A DNA stretch of 64,000 nt from Escherichia coli (GTDB taxonomy: Bacteria; Pseudomonadota; Gammaproteobacteria; Enterobacterales; Enterobacteriaceae). The translations under genes and the position numbers were made by a program. Positions 54,311 to 63,918 of the stretch are shown piece after piece. Every line of letters begins with the position of its first letter. Within the stretch, counting starts at the first letter, position 1. The notes under the pieces were generated by a model. It made no database searches, was not told where the DNA came from, and saw only the letters and a list, made by a program, of their open reading frames with translations. The stretch lies in the NCBI RefSeq assembly GCF_024223415.1, contig NZ_CP100500.1, one strand, 5' to 3'.

Positions 54311-54597
54311 ACTACAACATGCTTAGGGCAAGTCACGAAGGAAGTCAGAAAGTAGTCGTAAGAACGGTGATCACTGTCCGCTTTGTGCCAGGAGCAGCCA
54401 TTGCTAAGTCCATCCTGTATTGTGCAGGTCAGCTCGTTTTTAAAGAGTCCGGCCATCATCTTACTGGTACAGACACCATATACTTTGTGACGGTCAGGCT
54501 ACATATGCACAACTCAACTTATTCATCTATTTTTTGCTTTAGCATGTCAGTGTTGCTTTCTCGTCGGCGGGTGAGCGGTGACCTGACCTGTCGATAA
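54292..54597 (+). CDS. Possible YdfV-like ORF, 101 aa (weak)
   Basis: ORF in the position of K-12 ydfV; overlaps the relO region; no clear SD. Confidence 0.3.
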   Translation: MSLQVSHYNMLRASHEGSQKVVVRTVITVRFVPGAAIAKSILYCAGQLVFKESGHHLTGTDTIYFVTVRLHMHNSTYSSIFCFSMSVLLSRRRVSGDLTCR

Positions 54598-54749
54598 AGG
54601 AACGTAGCACGTTTTATGCAACACCCGCATGCGGCAGAAAATTATTGCCGAACGTTTACCCCTGTCAACAAGCTTTACTTTCTGAGGCGCGCCAGCCCGC
54701 GAGGAAAACAATCTGAACATCAAAGAATTAATGACACAAGAAATACGAT

Positions 54750-54776
54750 TAAAGATTTTTTTGTGCATGCCGATAG
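54750..54776 (+). promoter_or_regulatory. FliA (sigma-28) promoter of flxA: TAAAGATT-N11-GCCGATAG
   Basis: Close match to the sigma-28 consensus TAAAGTTT-N11-GCCGATAA, about 25 nt upstream of flxA. Confidence 0.65.
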
Positions 54777-54799
54777 TGCTTTTTTAAAAGGAGAAATCT

Positions 54800-55132
54800 A
54801 TGTCTGTCACAATTCAGGGAAATACCTCAACCGTTATTTCAAACAACTCCGCCCCGGAAGGAACATCAGAAATAGCCAAAATCACAAGACAAATTCAGGT
54901 GCTGACTGAAAAGCTTGGGAAAATCTCATCGGAAGAGGGGATGACGACACAGCAGAAAAAAGAAATGGCTGCATTGGTACAGAAGCAAATTGAAAGCCTC
55001 TGGGCTCAACTGGAGCAGTTGTTAAGGCAGCAGGCAGAGAAAAAGAATGAAGACGCGACAGTTCAGCCTGATAAAAAAGAAGAGAAAAAAGACGATACAA
55101 ATACCGCTGGCACCATTGATATTTACGTCTAA
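54800..55132 (+). CDS. flxA: FlxA (FliA-regulated protein), 110 aa
   Basis: AAGGAGA SD; Gln/Lys-rich sequence. Confidence 0.85.
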   Translation: MSVTIQGNTSTVISNNSAPEGTSEIAKITRQIQVLTEKLGKISSEEGMTTQQKKEMAALVQKQIESLWAQLEQLLRQQAEKKNEDATVQPDKKEEKKDDTNTAGTIDIYV

Positions 55133-55146
55133 GTGACAGCCGTATT

Positions 55147-55169
55147 GTGGCCCTCATCGGGCCACTTTT
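55147..55169 (+). terminator. Rho-independent terminator of flxA
   Basis: GTGGCCC-tcatc-GGGCCAC stem followed by TTTTC. Confidence 0.6.
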
Positions 55170-55221
55170 CGCCATCAGCCTTTTCTTTAAAGACATATTA
55201 TCTTTGTATCATTTCTGATAG

Positions 55222-56984
55222 TTAACATTACAAGATATAAGTAATGGACGCACTCCCAATTAGTCTATTTAAATCGCCACGAGTTTAACTGACAACCCAT
55301 GATCAATTATGAATTGCAACTATTTCTGTAGTCACTTTTGTGGGGACAGTCCACAAAACTGCCAACTTCCGCTTCTTGCTCTTAGCGGACATTAGCATAG
55401 GCTATTTACCATAACGCCTCATTACGCGCACCGCCCAGACTGACTCAGCGCGTTTCTGGCATATCCCCGGTAAAACAAGTAACAACCCCCCCGAAAATGA
55501 ACACCAGAAACGCGACTTAAGAATCTACCCTATGAATGGATATGCACTCAACCGAATCGATCTTGGTTTCAATCTATTTTATCGGGATCAGGCTTCTTTT
55601 TAGGTAACTTCGGGGGCTTAACTTGCTGATGACTTTGCGTTCGGCGCGTAAGCCAGGGATGGTCAGCTTTAGATTTAACATAGTATTTTGAGCGTAAATC
55701 AATACGGGCATTATCCACTCGTTCATGGACACTCTTTTCATCATCCAGTGGTATAGGCTCCGGGCCATCAACATACTTTTCCCAGCCCAGCGCTTTCCCG
55801 TCATACAGAACGTTAATTTCACCGTCAAAGTTCTCACATACAGTAACAACCGAATGCCTAAGTCGATATCCCCGGCCCTCACTGCGTACCTGAAACGCAC
55901 TGCTTTTGTACTGGAAAGTGAGATTTTTAGACAGAACGCGCTTCGCCTGTAGGCTGAAGATATAACCCAGTTCCTCTTCAGAATGGTGCACATCAAGATG
56001 AGCATTATCAGTAGTACGAGGCGACGTAGCGAACCGGTTGTTATAGGCTTCAATAAAGGTCGGCAACCATGCATTTGCTGTTTCAATATCACTGATATTC
56101 TGAAGCCGCATTTCTTTGACCAGCCTGTCCTGTAGTGTCTGATTGGCGCGCTCTACCCGCCCTTTTGCCTGCGGGCTGTTGGCATGGATTGGCTCGATGC
56201 CCAGTGTCTTTATCGCACGAGTGAACTGGGTCAGCTCACCTTCCCGCTCTGGGTTATTTACCCTGAATATACTGTGTCTATCAGAGTAGAGAGCGAGCGG
56301 TACGCCATGATCATTGAGGTAACCCCGGAGGGTTTCCATGTAAGCCCGGGTTGTTTCAGCAGGCACAAAACGCAACGCCATCAACGCACTGGTGGCATCA
56401 TCAATGAAAACGATCAGTGTACATCTGGGGCCTCGATTTTCAAACCAGTCATGAGGTGAGCCATCAATCTGGATCAGTTCACCGTAAGATGGTCGTCGCA
56501 TGCGGCGTTGATATATACGGGCAATTTTACGACGGCGTTCACGCCATAACCCCTCTTCTATCATCCACTTTCTGAGAGTTTCAACGGATAAAGATAAACC
56601 GTGTATCTCGCGCAATTTTTCGCACGCAAACGTAGGTCCAAAATCAGCGTAACGGCCTTTGAGGAGTGAAATTACTGTTGCTCTGAATTCAGTAGAAAAG
56701 AAATTATTAGGACGCTTTCCACGTCGGTGGGAAACCAGACCAGAAGGCCCTTCATTTCTATACCGTTGCACCAGACGTTTAACCTGCCGAATAGAAATGC
56801 CAATGCGTGCCGCAGCTTGTTCCTGAGTAATATGTCGATTAATTGACTCCTGAATAATCTGAAGTCGGTGGAGTTCCTTATGACTCATCGTAACAGCTCT
56901 TTGATCATGAAAAATCCCCCAGAGAATTGTCTGGGGACATTTTAGAATGGTTCAAAGGGGACATTACAGCTTGGTGTTAACAAT
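55222..56984 (-). mobile_element. Insertion sequence-like element carrying one DDE transposase; boundaries not resolved
   Basis: Transposase gene with 5' leader and a 3' non-coding tail; degenerate inverted similarity GTTAACA...CAAG...GTAATG at both ends; interrupts the 3' end of a phage replication-region ORF. Confidence 0.3.
55569..56888 (-). CDS. DDE transposase with N-terminal HTH and rve (integrase core) domain; IS481/ISNCY-like, 439 aa
   Basis: N-terminal HTH (AARIGISIRQVKRLVQRY) followed by D...D...E integrase-core spacing. Confidence 0.85.
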   Translation of the reverse strand: MSHKELHRLQIIQESINRHITQEQAAARIGISIRQVKRLVQRYRNEGPSGLVSHRRGKRPNNFFSTEFRATVISLLKGRYADFGPTFACEKLREIHGLSLSVETLRKWMIEEGLWRERRRKIARIYQRRMRRPSYGELIQIDGSPHDWFENRGPRCTLIVFIDDATSALMALRFVPAETTRAYMETLRGYLNDHGVPLALYSDRHSIFRVNNPEREGELTQFTRAIKTLGIEPIHANSPQAKGRVERANQTLQDRLVKEMRLQNISDIETANAWLPTFIEAYNNRFATSPRTTDNAHLDVHHSEEELGYIFSLQAKRVLSKNLTFQYKSSAFQVRSEGRGYRLRHSVVTVCENFDGEINVLYDGKALGWEKYVDGPEPIPLDDEKSVHERVDNARIDLRSKYYVKSKADHPWLTRRTQSHQQVKPPKLPKKKPDPDKID

Positions 56985-57361
56985 AGCCTGCTTCTCCTTG
57001 CCTTCCGGCACTCGCGACAGATTATGTTTAGACGACTGTCGTAGCGACGTATTTCTCCGTCAGGTAATGACCAGATAAGGTCCGGATCAACCACAGCAGG
57101 TTTCTTCACCTTTGCCCTCGAGAGTTTTTTGCGGGCGTTTTGCCAGTCCTTACGCGCCTGTTCAGACGGGAATAACCCGTAACCAGAGCTGTATACATCG
57201 CCACTGGCAACCAGCTCTCTGGCCAGAACGCTCATCAGATATCTTGTTGCCCCAGTTTTAGCTTCCAGTTGTCGTAACGTCTCGCGCCCACTCTGGCGTA
57301 CGAGTTCCACCACCTGCCCTTTAATTTTTTCCCGCTCTTCTTGTGTAAAAACTTTTGCCAC
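56942..57361 (-). CDS. Hypothetical phage replication-region protein, 139 aa; 3' end apparently fused to IS-derived sequence
   Basis: ORF immediately downstream of the O-like gene; last codons run into the transposase leader. Confidence 0.45.
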   Translation of the reverse strand: MAKVFTQEEREKIKGQVVELVRQSGRETLRQLEAKTGATRYLMSVLARELVASGDVYSSGYGLFPSEQARKDWQNARKKLSRAKVKKPAVVDPDLIWSLPDGEIRRYDSRLNIICRECRKARRSRLLLTPSCNVPFEPF

Positions 57362-57401
57362 AAGTCCTCCTGAACATTACTTTATACCCTAAAATCAACA
57401 C

Positions 57402-58367
57402 TTATCCCCTGAAACCAGGCGGAATTTCTGTATCCGGTTCAGAAATATGATTCACACAACGCTGTACAGGTGAACGTCCCAGGCGGATGACCAGTTCGTC
57501 CCATTTTTCGCGGAGTTTTGACGGGCTCATGATGTTTTTTACCCAGAATTGATCTCGCTGTACCCGACCAAACATTTCGCAAATTTGTCTGTGGCTTCTG
57601 CCATCCAGCATCCGCATTGTGCGCACGTCATTGGCCCAGGCTGTCCAGTTAGGCTCTTTTGGTCGCATGATCTCTCCATCGTCGCTGGCAGCCTGTTCGT
57701 AAAGGTTCACGATCCGCCCCCAAATCCACTGCGCACACGCCAAATCCTCCCTGCTACCCCACTGGCGTTTTTTCGCACTAAACACAACCGCGTCGGGGTT
57801 CCGGGTTAAAAAATCCTGTTCAGCGGTCTGCGGGTCCGGTTGCGAAGCTTCCGGACGAAAAGTGTTTTTATTCTCTGTAGTAATCTCTGTTGTATTCTCT
57901 GTAAGATCATCAGGCCATTTTGACCCGATGACATTGGGTCGTTTTGAACCAATGGAGCGTTTCATTTTGACCTCTTCCATCGTGTCATTTTGACCTGATG
58001 GAGCGGCGCATTTTAAACCGATGGATTCGCTCAATTTGCCACCATCTAAAAGCTCGCTCCCGTAGTTGATCGTGTAGAAATTGGTCATATCGCGCTTTGA
58101 TTTATTGAGCTTTTCACAACGCAAAAGCCCCAGCGTTTTCAGACTTGCAAACGCGCGCTTTAACGTTGACTCTGACCAGAATGGGAACTGTTCCAGCCAT
58201 TGTTCCGTTGTGTTGTAAATCCAGCGAACACCATCACATTCCATGCCGGAATTGGTATCTCTCAACCAGTAATGCAACTGCTGCAACACAATGGCTTCAT
58301 TTAAGCCAATCTTCATCGCAAGCTGTGTGTTTATAACCAGTGGGCGTTCAGCAAAAAGAAGGCTCAT
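57402..58367 (-). CDS. Replication initiation protein (phage O-like / DnaD-like N-terminal domain), about 321 aa
   Basis: Start at MSLLFAERPLVINTQLAMKIGLNEAIVLQQLHYWL; position after the cro/cII-like genes. Confidence 0.6.
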   Translation of the reverse strand: MSLLFAERPLVINTQLAMKIGLNEAIVLQQLHYWLRDTNSGMECDGVRWIYNTTEQWLEQFPFWSESTLKRAFASLKTLGLLRCEKLNKSKRDMTNFYTINYGSELLDGGKLSESIGLKCAAPSGQNDTMEEVKMKRSIGSKRPNVIGSKWPDDLTENTTEITTENKNTFRPEASQPDPQTAEQDFLTRNPDAVVFSAKKRQWGSREDLACAQWIWGRIVNLYEQAASDDGEIMRPKEPNWTAWANDVRTMRMLDGRSHRQICEMFGRVQRDQFWVKNIMSPSKLREKWDELVIRLGRSPVQRCVNHISEPDTEIPPGFRG

Positions 58368-58869
58368 AATTCCATCCAGCTTTTTGTTGGTATTGCTGTC
58401 GATACGCAAGTTTGAAAGCAATTGCTTTTTCTATAAGTTCATCAGTTTCACGATCCACTACGGCAGGATCAGCAAAAAGCAGTCCGGACTCCACCACATC
58501 GCCATATTCTTTGTTTAACCCGGCGATCATGTACGTGATGCTTTTTCCGTCACTAATTTCACGATACAACCTGAAATCATTAATCCGAATAGCCTCCATA
58601 ATTGCAGGCACTAGCGCCGTGAACTTTTCACGCTTATCCCTGGTGTCGATAGCCTTCCAGCGTTCGAATATCTTCACTCGATTAACGCCAAGTGCTCGCT
58701 GATCAACCGCGCCACCTTCATCTGTGACACGCTGAACATCGATGTTCGGGCGCTCTTTCAAAGCCCAGAATGCTTCAGTGATTAATATCGTCGCCTGCTC
58801 CTGTGTCATTCCTGGTCGACATATCCAGGCATCCAGAGCCTCACGAGCCTGTTCAGGAGTGATTTTCAT
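58348..58869 (-). CDS. Hypothetical regulatory protein (cII/YdaT-like position), 173 aa
   Basis: ORF between the cro-like gene and the O-like gene. Confidence 0.45.
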   Translation of the reverse strand: MKITPEQAREALDAWICRPGMTQEQATILITEAFWALKERPNIDVQRVTDEGGAVDQRALGVNRVKIFERWKAIDTRDKREKFTALVPAIMEAIRINDFRLYREISDGKSITYMIAGLNKEYGDVVESGLLFADPAVVDRETDELIEKAIAFKLAYRQQYQQKAGWNYEPSFC

Positions 58870-59080
58870 TGTTCAACCGCCCCGCCCGCTTCGTCTTACG
58901 GTATTCGTCATAAACCTTGGGATCATACAGAAGCTCGCCGCCAGATGCCTCCTGTAGACGCATCGCGCGACCTTCAGGAACCAGCTCTTGCCATTGAGAA
59001 ACAGCAGATGGGTCAACGCCAGCAGCTTTCGCTACTTTGGCTTTCGTACCGTAAAAATTAATTACGTCTGATTTAAACAT
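58853..59080 (-). CDS. dicC: Cro-like repressor DicC, about 75 aa
   Basis: Start at MFKSDVINFYGTKAKVA with GGAGGTG SD; C-terminal half (VPEGRAMRLQEASGGEL...YDEYRKTKRAGRLNNENHS) recognised as DicC. Confidence 0.75.
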   Translation of the reverse strand: MFKSDVINFYGTKAKVAKAAGVDPSAVSQWQELVPEGRAMRLQEASGGELLYDPKVYDEYRKTKRAGRLNNENHS

Positions 59081-59157
59081 CGCACCTCCAATATTGAGTT
59101 TTCTCAATGCTAATCACTCAAGGAATCTCAAGTCAAGGGTTATTAAGATATCTAAAT
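59081..59157. promoter_or_regulatory. Divergent dicC/dicA promoter-operator region
   Basis: Palindrome TTGAGttttCTCAA and repeated TCAAGG motifs between divergent repressor genes. Confidence 0.4.
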
Positions 59158-59565
59158 ATGAACGAGAAAACTTTAGGTCAACGCATTAGAGAAAGACGTA
59201 AGCAGGTAGGCTTAAGTCAAAACGGTTTAAGCAAAGCTGCTGGCGTATCTGGCTCATCAATTTCATTATGGGAAAGTGACCATACAGCCCCGCGCGGGCA
59301 AAATTTGCATCGCCTCGCCGAGGTATTGCAATGTTCACCAACTTGGATACTGTTTGGCGACGAGGACAAAACACCAGCTCCCCCTGTTTCACTCGATAGT
59401 GCCTTAGACTTATCGGAAGATGAGTTAGAGATGCTGCGTTTGTATCGCGCACTTCCTAAATCAGAGCAACAAGCACAACTCAGCGAACTCCGCGCCCGCG
59501 TTGAGAATTTTAATCGCCTGTTCACCGAGCTATTAGAGGCTCGCAAACGCAACAAGCATCAATAA
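59158..59565 (+). CDS. dicA: CI-like XRE-family repressor DicA, 135 aa
   Basis: Start at MNEKTLGQRIRERRKQVGLSQ; HTH_XRE; VLQCSPTWILFGDEDK motif recognised. Confidence 0.8.
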   Translation: MNEKTLGQRIRERRKQVGLSQNGLSKAAGVSGSSISLWESDHTAPRGQNLHRLAEVLQCSPTWILFGDEDKTPAPPVSLDSALDLSEDELEMLRLYRALPKSEQQAQLSELRARVENFNRLFTELLEARKRNKHQ

Positions 59566-59757
59566 TCATCCCTTCACAAAATTTTAAAGCCTTACATTTC
59601 AATGTATTGGCTTTATCTTGCGCCAACACTTGAGTTTTCTCATCAAAAAACCTTGACGAAAAATAATGAGAAAACTAAATTACCTCCATCAAGACACCGC
59701 ACGGTGTTCTCAGCAAACAGTTCCGCTACCCCGGCGTTAAGGGGAAATGAGGTCAGC

Positions 59758-59913
59758 ATGGATACTATCGATCTTGGCAACAGCGAATCTCTGGTATGTG
59801 GCGTGTTCCCCAACCAGGACGGCACGTTCACCGCGATGACGTATACCAAAAGCAAAACGTTTAAAACCGAAAATGGTGCCCGTCGCTGGCTGGAAAGAAA
59901 CTCAGGTGAGTGA
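59758..59913 (+). CDS. ydfA: YdfA, 51 aa
   Basis: MDTIDLGNSESLVCGVFPNQDGTFTAMTYTKSKTFKTENGARRWLERNSGE; not on track. Confidence 0.8.
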   Translation: MDTIDLGNSESLVCGVFPNQDGTFTAMTYTKSKTFKTENGARRWLERNSGE

Positions 59914-59914
59914 T

Positions 59915-60490
59915 ATGGATTTCGACACAATCATGGAAAAGGCTTACGAAGAATACTTCGAAGGCCTTGCCGAAGGCGAAGAAGCTCTCAGCTTCAGTGA
60001 GTTTAAACAGGCACTCAGAATAAGAATGTGCTCTCACAATGACGCGGAGCACAAATATGAGAAGCAAAATCAGACCGCAGAAAATTTTGTTCTGGAACCC
60101 GGAGAAACGCTTTTCAAAATTCCCGTTACGTGCCCCATTTGCGGTTTTACATCAGAAGAACTTGACGACTCCTGTAACAATCAGGAAACAACCAAGTATG
60201 TCGAAGATGATACCGAGTGCGCACGAAGAACGATTATATCCACGAGTCCAAACTCCAGGACCAATAAATCTCACTATGAGAGGGTGATTAATCCACTCCC
60301 CCAAACCAATAAAAAAGATGCCGGAGGACAAAAAACCCAATGGAACAACGGGATATCTGTCAAAAAAAGACGTTCCATTAAAGACAAACAACGCAGCGCC
60401 AACAACTGTAAGCGCTTTATACCAGTAATCAATTTTCATGTTCTTAAGCGGATTTATTGGTGGTTGCGACATTGCTTAATGAATCCTTAA
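59915..60490 (+). CDS. YdfB/YdfC-like protein as a single 192-aa ORF
   Basis: Start ATG overlaps the ydfA stop; N-terminus MDFDTIMEKAYEEYFEGLAEGEEALSFSEFKQAL matches YdfB; contains a CPIC zinc-finger-like motif. Confidence 0.6.
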   Translation: MDFDTIMEKAYEEYFEGLAEGEEALSFSEFKQALRIRMCSHNDAEHKYEKQNQTAENFVLEPGETLFKIPVTCPICGFTSEELDDSCNNQETTKYVEDDTECARRTIISTSPNSRTNKSHYERVINPLPQTNKKDAGGQKTQWNNGISVKKRRSIKDKQRSANNCKRFIPVINFHVLKRIYWWLRHCLMNP

Positions 60491-60749
60491 AACTGTGGTG
60501 ATTTTAAGGATACCACCTCGCCTGACGTGGTTAAAAGCAGGCACACAACACGAAAGCGCACGGCGAAGTTCGTCTCACTGTACGGTGTCGTTAAATTTAA
60601 TTCGACCGTGCGCTTCCGGTTGTGGCAACCCGCAAAATGGCGCGGCGGTAAGTATGGCGGGGTTATTCCTTCCCCGTTGAGGACACCGGGTTGTCAGGTT
60701 GACCATACGCTTAAGTGACAACCCCGCTGCAACGCCCTCTGTTATCAAT

Positions 60750-60807
60750 TTTCTGGTGACGTTTGGCGGTATCAGTTTTACTCCGTGACTGCTCTGCCGC
60801 CCTTTTT
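60750..60807 (+). ncRNA. dicF: DicF small RNA (ftsZ translation inhibitor), with intrinsic terminator
   Basis: TTTCTGGTGACGTTTGGCGGTATCAGTTTTACTCCGTGACTGCTCTGCCGCCCTTTTT read directly; recognised DicF sequence. Confidence 0.7.
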
Positions 60808-60976
60808 AAAGTGAATTTTGTGATGCGGTGAATACGGCTAAGCGCACGCGGAACAGTTAAAACCAAAAACAGTGTTATGGGTGGATTCTCTGTATCCGAC
60901 GTTAATTGTTAACTGGTTAACGTCACCTGGAGGCACCAGGCACTGCATCACAAAATTCATTGTTGAGGACGCGATA

Positions 60977-61165
60977 ATGAAAACGTTATTACCAAACGTT
61001 AATACGTCTGAAGGTTGTTTTGAAATTGGTGTCACTATCAGTAACCCTGTATTTACTGAAGATGCCATTAACAAGAGAAAACAAGAACGGGAGCTATTAA
61101 ATAAAGTATGCATTGTTTCAATGCTGGCTCGTTTACGTCTGATGCCAAAAGGATGTGCACAATGA
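60977..61165 (+). CDS. dicB: Cell-division inhibitor DicB, 62 aa
   Basis: MKTLLPNVNTSEGCFEIGVTISNPVFTEDAINKRKQERELLNKVCIVSMLARLRLMPKGCAQ. Confidence 0.85.
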   Translation: MKTLLPNVNTSEGCFEIGVTISNPVFTEDAINKRKQERELLNKVCIVSMLARLRLMPKGCAQ

Positions 61166-61353
61166 ATTCAGCATTTGCGCTTGTTCTGACAGTTTTTCTT
61201 GTTTCCGGAGTGCCAGTTGATATTGCAGTCAGTGTTCACAGGACAATGCAGGAGTGTATGACTGCAGCAACCGAACAGAAAATTCCCGGTAACTGTTACC
61301 CGGTCGATAAAGTTATTCACCAGGATAATATCGAAATCCCGGCAGGTCTTTAA
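61162..61353 (+). CDS. ydfD: YdfD (small membrane protein), 63 aa
   Basis: Start ATG overlaps the dicB stop; MNSAFALVLTVFLVSGVPVDIAV... Confidence 0.8.
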   Translation: MNSAFALVLTVFLVSGVPVDIAVSVHRTMQECMTAATEQKIPGNCYPVDKVIHQDNIEIPAGL

Positions 61354-61446
61354 AACAGTTCCGTAATAAATATCCGGTTTCATTCTTATATGCCAGCAAT
61401 GGCAGGGATTTGTTCATCCTTAAATCTGTCATGAGGTTAAAACAAA

Positions 61447-63918
61447 ATGAGTAAAGTCTTTATTTGCGCCGCTATTCCTGACGAACTGGCAACAAGGGAA
61501 GAAGGCGCTGTGGCTGTAGCCACAGCCATTGAAGCTGGCGACGAACGCCGTGCTCGAGCAAAATTTCACTGGCAATTCCTGGAACATTATCCGGCTGCTC
61601 AGGACTGCGCTTATAAATTTATTGTCTGCGAGGATAAACCTGGCATACCCCGCCCTGCCCTCGATTCATGGGATGCTGAATATATGCAGGAAAACCGCTG
61701 GGATGAGGAGTCTGCTTCTTTTGTCCCGGTTGAGACTGAATCCGATCCGATGAACGTCACTTTTGACAAGCTGGCCCCTGAAGTACAGAACGCTGTCATG
61801 GTTAAGTTCGACACATGTGAAAACATCACCGTTGATATGGTTATTAGCGCACAGGAATTGTTGCAGGAAGACATGGCAACATTCGACGGACATATCGTTG
61901 AAGCGTTGATGAAAATGCCAGAAGTTAACGCCATGTATCCGGAGCTTAAGTTGCACGCCATTGGGTGGGTTAAGCATAAATGTATTCCTGGTGCTAAATG
62001 GCCCGAAATTCAGGCAGAGATGCGCATCTGGAAAAAACGTCGCGAAGGTGAACGCAAGGAAACCGGAAAATACACGTCTGTTGTTGATCTCGCCCGCGCC
62101 AGAGCCAATCAACAGTACACTGAAAATTCAACAGGAAAAATCAGCCCGGTCATTGCTGCCATTCATCGCGAATACAAGCAGACATGGAAAACACTGGATG
62201 ACGAACTGGCCTACGCTCTCTGGCCTGGTGATGTGGATGCCGGAAACATTGACGGCAGCATCCATCGCTGGGCAAAAAAAGAAGTTATCGACAACGACCG
62301 CGAAGACTGGAAGCGTATCTCGGCATCAATGCGCAAACAGCCTGATGCCCTTCGCTACGACCGCCAAACTATTTTTGGCCTTGTCCGTGAGCGTCCGATC
62401 GACATTCACAAAGATCCCGTAGCACTGAACAAATATACCTGCGAATACCTGACGACAAAGGGCGTGTTTGAGAATGAAGAAACAGACCTGGGCACTGTTG
62501 ATGTTCTCCAGTCATCAGAAACACAAACTGATGCAGTGGAAACTGAGGTATCTGATATCCCAAAAAATGAAACCGCGCCGGAAGCTGAACCATCTGTAGA
62601 GCGTGAGGGGCCGTTCTATTTCCTCTTCGCAGATAAGGACGGAGAAAAATACGGTCGCGCAAACAAACTTTCTGGTCTGGATAAGGCACTGGCTGCTGGC
62701 GCCACTGAAATCACAAAAGAAGAATATTTTGCCCGAAAAAATGGCACATACACGGGCTTACCGCAAAATGTAGATACCGCTGAAGATTCAGAACAACCAG
62801 AGCCGATAAAAGTTACCGCTGACGAAGTAAACAAAATTATGCAGGCAGCCAATATCAGCCAGCCTGACGCCGATAAGTTGCTTGCTGCATCACGTGGTGA
62901 ATTTGTTGAAGGGATTAGTGACCCGAATGATCCGAAATGGGTTAAGGGGATCCAGACCCGCGATTCTGTGAACCAGAACCAGCATGAATCGGAACGGAAC
63001 TACCAAAAAGCGGAACAAAACAGTCCAAATGCGTTACAAAACGAGCCAGAAACGAAACAGCCTGAACCAGTGGCGCACCAGGAAGTGGAAAAAGCCTGCA
63101 CCGCCTGCGGTCAGACCGGCGGCGGCAACTGCCCTGATTGTGGCGCGGTGATGGGCGACGCAACATACCAGGAAACATTCGATGAAGAGTATCAGGTTGA
63201 AGTTCAGGAAGATGATCCGGAGGAAATGGAAGGCGCTGAACATCCACACAAGGAGAACACTGGCGGCAATCAGCATCACAATAGCGATAATGAAACTGGC
63301 GAGACGGCAGATCACCCAATTAAGGTGAACGGTCATCACGAAATCACATCCACCAGCAGGACGTGTGACCATCTAATGATCGACCTTGAAACCATGGGAA
63401 AAAATCCTGATGCCCCGATCATCTCAATAGGTGCAATATTTTTCGATCCGCAAACCGGAGATATGGGACCGGAATTTAGTAAGACTATCGATCTGGAAAC
63501 TGCTGGCGGAGTCATTGATCGGGACACCATTAAATGGTGGCTTAAGCAATCACGCGAAGCGCAATCTGCCATTATGACCGATGAAATCCCGTTAGATGAT
63601 GCACTGTTACAATTGCGGGAATTTATCGACGAAAACTCCGGTGAATTTTTTGTTCAGGTTTGGGGAAATGGAGCCAACTTCGACAACACGATTTTGCGCC
63701 GTTCATACGAACGGCAGGGGATCCCCTGCCCGTGGCGTTACTACAACGATCGCGATGTACGCACAATCGTTGAGCTGGGGAAAGCCATAGACTTCGATGC
63801 CAGAACGGCTATTCCATTCGAAGGTGAGCGCCATAATGCACTTGATGACGCCCGTTACCAGGCAAAATACGTTTCAGTTATCTGGCAAAAACTGATCCCA
63901 AGTCAGGCTGATTCTTAA
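61447..63918 (+). CDS. YdfE-like protein with central zinc ribbon and C-terminal DEDDh 3'-5' exonuclease (DnaQ-like) domain, 823 aa
   Basis: C-terminal motifs MIDLET (Exo I), WGNGANFD (Exo II), [10 protein letters not shown] (Exo III); CTACGQ...CPDCG zinc ribbon. Confidence 0.75.
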   Translation: MSKVFICAAIPDELATREEGAVAVATAIEAGDERRARAKFHWQFLEHYPAAQDCAYKFIVCEDKPGIPRPALDSWDAEYMQENRWDEESASFVPVETESDPMNVTFDKLAPEVQNAVMVKFDTCENITVDMVISAQELLQEDMATFDGHIVEALMKMPEVNAMYPELKLHAIGWVKHKCIPGAKWPEIQAEMRIWKKRREGERKETGKYTSVVDLARARANQQYTENSTGKISPVIAAIHREYKQTWKTLDDELAYALWPGDVDAGNIDGSIHRWAKKEVIDNDREDWKRISASMRKQPDALRYDRQTIFGLVRERPIDIHKDPVALNKYTCEYLTTKGVFENEETDLGTVDVLQSSETQTDAVETEVSDIPKNETAPEAEPSVEREGPFYFLFADKDGEKYGRANKLSGLDKALAAGATEITKEEYFARKNGTYTGLPQNVDTAEDSEQPEPIKVTADEVNKIMQAANISQPDADKLLAASRGEFVEGISDPNDPKWVKGIQTRDSVNQNQHESERNYQKAEQNSPNALQNEPETKQPEPVAHQEVEKACTACGQTGGGNCPDCGAVMGDATYQETFDEEYQVEVQEDDPEEMEGAEHPHKENTGGNQHHNSDNETGETADHPIKVNGHHEITSTSRTCDHLMIDLETMGKNPDAPIISIGAIFFDPQTGDMGPEFSKTIDLETAGGVIDRDTIKWWLKQSREAQSAIMTDEIPLDDALLQLREFIDENSGEFFVQVWGNGANFDNTILRRSYERQGIPCPWRYYNDRDVRTIVELGKAIDFDARTAIPFEGERHNALDDARYQAKYVSVIWQKLIPSQADS

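Noticed and set aside
55337-55359. Near-perfect 23-bp palindrome TTTTGTGGGGACAGTCCACAAAA considered as an IS terminal inverted repeat
   Set aside because: It is a self-palindrome, not one arm of a pair; the similar motif near 56930 is in direct, not inverted, orientation, so it cannot define IS ends by itself.
61611-62112. Minus-strand ORFs of 116 and 148 aa within the YdfE-like gene
   Set aside because: Antisense to a long ORF with recognisable domains; no start-site support.
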